Source of the DNA: Eledone cirrhosa
Taxonomy: Eukaryota
NCBI GenBank assembly: GCA_964016885.1
Contig: OZ024740.1
Span: 7,068,001 to 7,132,000 of the forward strand
DNA: 64,000 bases
Reading direction: 5' to 3'
Below, piece after piece: positions 59,701 through 64,000 of this stretch; the stretch's first letter is position 1; each line of letters begins with the position of its first letter. The position numbers and the translations under genes are program-made. The notes below the pieces were generated by a model. That model made no database searches. It was not told the DNA's origin and was given only the letters and a program-made list of their open reading frames with translations.

Positions 59701-61920
59701 CAGCTATGGTGAGGTCTACGTTTCACATCTGAACTGGGAATATTAACAGCTATTGTGAGGCATACATTTCACATCTGACCTGGGACTATTACCAGCTATG
59801 GTGAGACCTACATTTCACATCTGACCTGCGACTATTACCAGCTCTTGTGAGGTCTACATTTCACGTCTGACCTGGGATTATTACCAGATGTAGTGAGGCC
59901 TATATTTCACATCTGACCTGGGAATATTACCAGTTTTGGTGAGGTCTACATTTCACATCTGACCTGGGACAGTTACCAGCTATAGTGAGGCCTACATTTC
60001 ACATCCGACCTGGGACTATTACCAGCTATGGTGAGACCTTCATTTCACATCTGACCTGGGACTATTACCAGCTATGTTGAGTTCTACATTTCACATCTGA
60101 CCTGGGACTATTACCAGCTATTATGAGCCCTACATTTTACATATGACCTGGGACTATTACCAGCTATTGTGAGGCCTACATTTCACATATGACCTGGGAC
60201 TATTACCAGCTCTGGTGATGCCTACATTTCACATCTGACCTGGGACTATTACCAGCTCTGGTGAGGCCTACATTTCGCATCTGACCTGGGACTATTACCA
60301 GCTATGGTGACGCCTACATTTCACGTCTGACCTTGGATTATTACCGGCTGTGGTGAGGCCTACATTTCACATCTGACCTGGGACTATTACCAACTCTGGT
60401 GAGGCCTCAATTTAACATCTGACCTGGGACTATTACCAGCTATGATGACGCCTATATTTCACATCTGACCTGGGACTATTACTATCTCTGGTGAGGCCTA
60501 CATTTCACATCTGACCTGGGACTATTACCAGCTAGTGTGAGGCCTACATTTCAATCTAACCTGGGACTATTACCAGCTATGGTGAGGCCTATATTTCACA
60601 TCTGAGCTGGGACTATTACCAGCTGTGGTGAGGCCTACATTTCATATCTGACCTGGGACTATTACAAGCTCTGGTTAGGACTACATTTCACATCTAACCT
60701 TGGACTATTACTAGCTGTGGTGATGTCTACATTTCACATCTGACCTGGGACTATTTCCAGCTGTGGTAAGGTTATTTTCACATCTGACTAGGGACTATTA
60801 CCATCTCTGGTGAGGTCTACATTTCACATCTGACCTGGGACTATTACCAGCTATGGTGAGGTCTACATTTCACATCTGACCTGGGAATATTTCCAGCAGT
60901 GATACGGTTTACTTTTCACATTTGACTTGGGACTATTACCAGCTTTGCTGAGGCCTACATTTCACATCTGACTTGTGACTATTACCATCTCGGTGAGGTC
61001 TACATTTCACATCTGACCTGGGACTATTACTAGCTATGTTGAGGCCTACATGTCACATCTGACGTGGAACTATTGCCAGCTATGGTGAGACCTACATTTC
61101 ATATCTGACCTGGGACTAGGTGAGGTCCACATTGCACATCTGATCTGGGAATATTACCAGCTATTGTGAGGCCTACATTTCACATCTGACCTGGGACTAT
61201 TACCAGCTATGGCGAGGTCTACATTTCACATCTGACCTGGGAATATTACCAGCTATTGTGAGACATACATTTCACATCTGTCCTTGTGAGGTCTACATTT
61301 AACATCTGACATGGGACTAGGTGAGGTCCACATTTCACATCTGATCTGAGAATATTTCCAGCTATTGTGAGGCTTTCATTTCACATATGACCTGGGACTA
61401 TTACCAGCTATGGTGAGGTCTACATTTCACATCTGACCTGGGAATATTACCAGCTATTGTGAGCCATACATTTCACATCTGACCTGGTGAGGTCTACATT
61501 TCACATCTGACCTGGGACAATTACCAGCTATGGTGAGGCCTACATTTCATATCTGACCTGGGACTAGGTGAGGTCCACATTTCACATCTGATCTGGGAAT
61601 ATTACCAGCTATTGTGAGGCATACATTTCACATCTGACCTGGTGAGGCCTTCATTTCACATCTGACCCGGGATTATTACCAGCTATGGTGAGGTCTACGT
61701 TTCACATCTGAACTGGGAATATTAACAGCTATTGTGAGGCATACATTTCACATCTGACCTGGGACTATTACCAGCTATGGTGAGACCTACATTTCACATC
61801 TGACCTGCGACTATTACCAGCTCTTGTGAGGCCTACATTTCGCATCTGACCTGGGACTATTACCAGCTATGGTGACGCCTACAATTCACGTCTGACCTTG
61901 GATTATTACCGGCTGTGGTG
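53750..61920. repeat. Second HOR, ~1.8-2.0 kb unit containing deletion monomers; three close copies from ~56.8 kb plus a more diverged copy at ~53.8-55.3 kb
   Basis: GTGATACGGTTTAC is at 54358, 57101, 58920 and 60899 (last spacings 1819 and 1979). Each is followed in the same order by CCATCTCGGTG, CTATTGCCAG, GGGACTAGGTG, GACCTGGTG and GACCCGGGA variants. Confidence 0.87.
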
Positions 61921-64000
61921 AGGCCTACATTTCACATCTGACCTGGGAATATTACCAGTTTTGTTGAGGTCAACATTTCACATCTACCTGGGACTATTAC
62001 CAGCTATGGTGAGGCCTATATTTCAAATCTGACCTGGAACTATTACGAGCTTTGGTGAGGCCTACATTTCACATCTGATCTGGGATTATTAAAGCTCTGG
62101 TTAGGACTACATTTCACATCTGACCTTGGAATATTACTAGCTGTGGTGAGGTCTGCATTTCACATCTGACCTGGGACTATTTCCAGCTGTGGTAAGGTTA
62201 CTTTTCACATCTGACCTGGGACTAATACCAGCTCTGGTGAGGCTTACATTTCACATCTGATCTGGGACTATTACCAACTCTGGTTAGGACTACATTTCAC
62301 ATCTGACCTGGTAATATTATTAGTTGTAGTGAAGTATACATTTCACATCTGACCTGGGACTATTACCAGCTATGGTGAGGGCTACATTTCACATCTGACC
62401 TTAGAATATTACCAGCTATGGTAAGGTCTAGATTTCAAATCTGACCTGGGACTATTACTAGCTGTAGTGAAGTATACATTTCACATCTGACCTGGGACTA
62501 TTACCAGCTATGGTGAGACCTACATTTCACATCTGGCCTGGGTCTATTACCAGATATGGTGAGGCTTACATTTCACATATAACCTCAGACTATTACCAGC
62601 TCTGGTGAGATCTACATTTCACATTTGACCTGGGATTATTACCAGCTGTGGTATGGTTTACTTTTCACATCTAACTAGGGACTATTACCAGCTCTGCTGA
62701 GGCCTACATTTCACATCTGACTTGTGACTATTACCACCTCTGGTGAGGTCTACATTTCACATCTGATCTGGGACTATTATCAGCTATGGTGAGGTCCACA
62801 TTTCACATCTGACCTGGGACTATTTCCAGCTATGGTGAGGTCTACATTTCACATCTGACCTGGGAATATTACCAGCTATTGTGAGACATACATTTCACAT
62901 CTAACATGGGAATATTACCAGCTATTGTGAAGTCTACATTTCACATCTGACCTGGGACTATTACCAGCTATGGTGAGGTCTACATTTCCCATCTGACCTT
63001 GGACTATTACCAGCTCTTGTGAGGTCTACATTTCACATCTGACCTGGGATTATTACCAGCTGTGGTGAGGTCTACATTTCACATCTGACCTGGGAATATT
63101 ACCAGTTTTGGTGAGGTCAACATTTCACATCTAATCTGGGACTATTACCAACTCTGGTTAGGACTACATTTCACATATGACCTGGGACTATTACTAGCTG
63201 TGGTGACGTCTACATTTCACATCTGACCTGGGACTATTACGAGCTGTGGTAAGGTTTAATTTTCGCATGTGACCAGGGACTATTACCAGCTCTGATGAGG
63301 CCTACATTTCACATCTGATCTGGGACTATTTCCAGCTGTGGTAAGGTCTACATTTTAACATCTGATCCGGGAATATTACCAGCTATTGTGAGGCCTACAT
63401 TTCACATCTGACCTGGGACTATTACCAGCTATGGTGAGGTCAACATTTCACATCTACCTGGGACTATTACCAGCTATGATGAGGCCTATATTTCACATCT
63501 GACATGGAACTATTACGAGCTTTGGTGAGGCCTACATTTCACATCTGATCTGGGACTACTACAAGCTCTCGTTAGGACTACATTTTACATCTGACCTTGG
63601 ACTATTACTAGCTGTGGTGAGGTCTACATTTCACATTTGACCTGGGTCTATTTCCAGCTGTGGTAAGGTTACTTTTCACATCTGACTAGGGACTATTACC
63701 AGCTCTGCTGAGGCCTACATTTCACATCTGACTTGTGACTACTACCATCTCTGGTGAGGTCTACATTTCACGTCTGACCTGGGACTATTACCAGCTATGG
63801 TGAGGCCTACATTTCACATCTGAACTGGAATTATTACCAGCTCTGGTGAGGTCTACATTTCACATCTGACCTGGGTCTATTACCTGCTATGATGACGCCT
63901 ATATTTCACATCTGACCTGGGTCTAATACCAGCTGTGGTGAGGCCTGTATTTCACATGTGACCAGGGACTATTTCCAGCTATGTTGAGGTCTATATTTCA

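Larger units (their letters stand above)
1..64000. repeat. Tandem satellite array, 46-bp monomer, ~1,390 head-to-tail copies; runs off both ends of the window
   Basis: CACATCTGAC recurs at 1, 47, 93 and so on with period 46 up to the last line. Monomers typically differ from consensus by 0-5 substitutions, with occasional 45/47-bp units. All copies are in the same orientation and I saw no non-satellite sequence. Confidence 0.99.

Noticed and set aside
1-64000. CRISPR array or CRISPR-like repeat-spacer system
   Set aside because: There are no unique spacers. The whole 46 bp is repeated with only point variants, and there is no leader or cas gene.
1-64000. Repetitive protein-coding ORF (e.g. 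a 138-bp, 3-monomer coding unit)
   Set aside because: 46 is not a multiple of 3, so conserved stops rotate through all frames: TGA at monomer positions 7-9 and 33-35 on plus, and TAG/TAA/TAG on minus. No long ORF is possible.
1-64000. Nucleosome-length (4 x 46 = 184 bp) higher-order periodicity
   Set aside because: I saw no consistent tetrameric variant pattern. Only one local 184-bp duplication exists, and observed HOR sizes (36, 42, 70-77 monomers) are not tied to multiples of four.
1-64000. Telomeric repeat, G-quadruplex array or CENP-B box
   Set aside because: There are no TTAGGG-type tandem units. The consensus has a single GGG run per 46 bp. The CENP-B box needs two CpGs, which the consensus lacks.
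1-64000. Variant order as an encoded message or programmed diversification (DGR or antigenic-variation cassettes)
   Set aside because: The variant patterns are explained by nested tandem duplication plus point mutation. There is no associated enzyme gene, expression site or adenine-specific mutation bias.

Overview
The whole 64-kb window is one uninterrupted, head-to-tail tandem satellite array of about 1,390 copies (64000/46) of a 46-bp monomer. The consensus is CACATCTGACCTGGGACTATTACCAGCT(C/A/G/T)TGGTGAGG(T/C)CTACATTT, about 46-48% GC with no CpG. I see no genes, RNA genes, transposon insertions, inversions or CRISPR spacers; conserved stop codons on both strands close all six frames. It looks like eukaryotic heterochromatic satellite DNA, but I cannot name the family or organism. 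The information lies in the order of monomer variants. There is a 3.2-3.5 kb higher-order repeat (HOR) at 6.4-21.7 kb, tandem duplications of 1,655 bp, ~4.8-5.0 kb and 1,932 bp, and a 1.8-2.0 kb HOR carrying 35-bp and 28-bp deletion monomers at 54-62 kb. Derived variants are concentrated at 14-26 kb and flanked on both sides by older states, and the array switches to a more diverged sub-family near 46 kb. The monomer has dyad symmetry and appears to be a degenerate 23-bp dimer. I found no support for a novel gene-based system. Coordinates were read by eye and may be off by a few bases; block edges are good to about one monomer.
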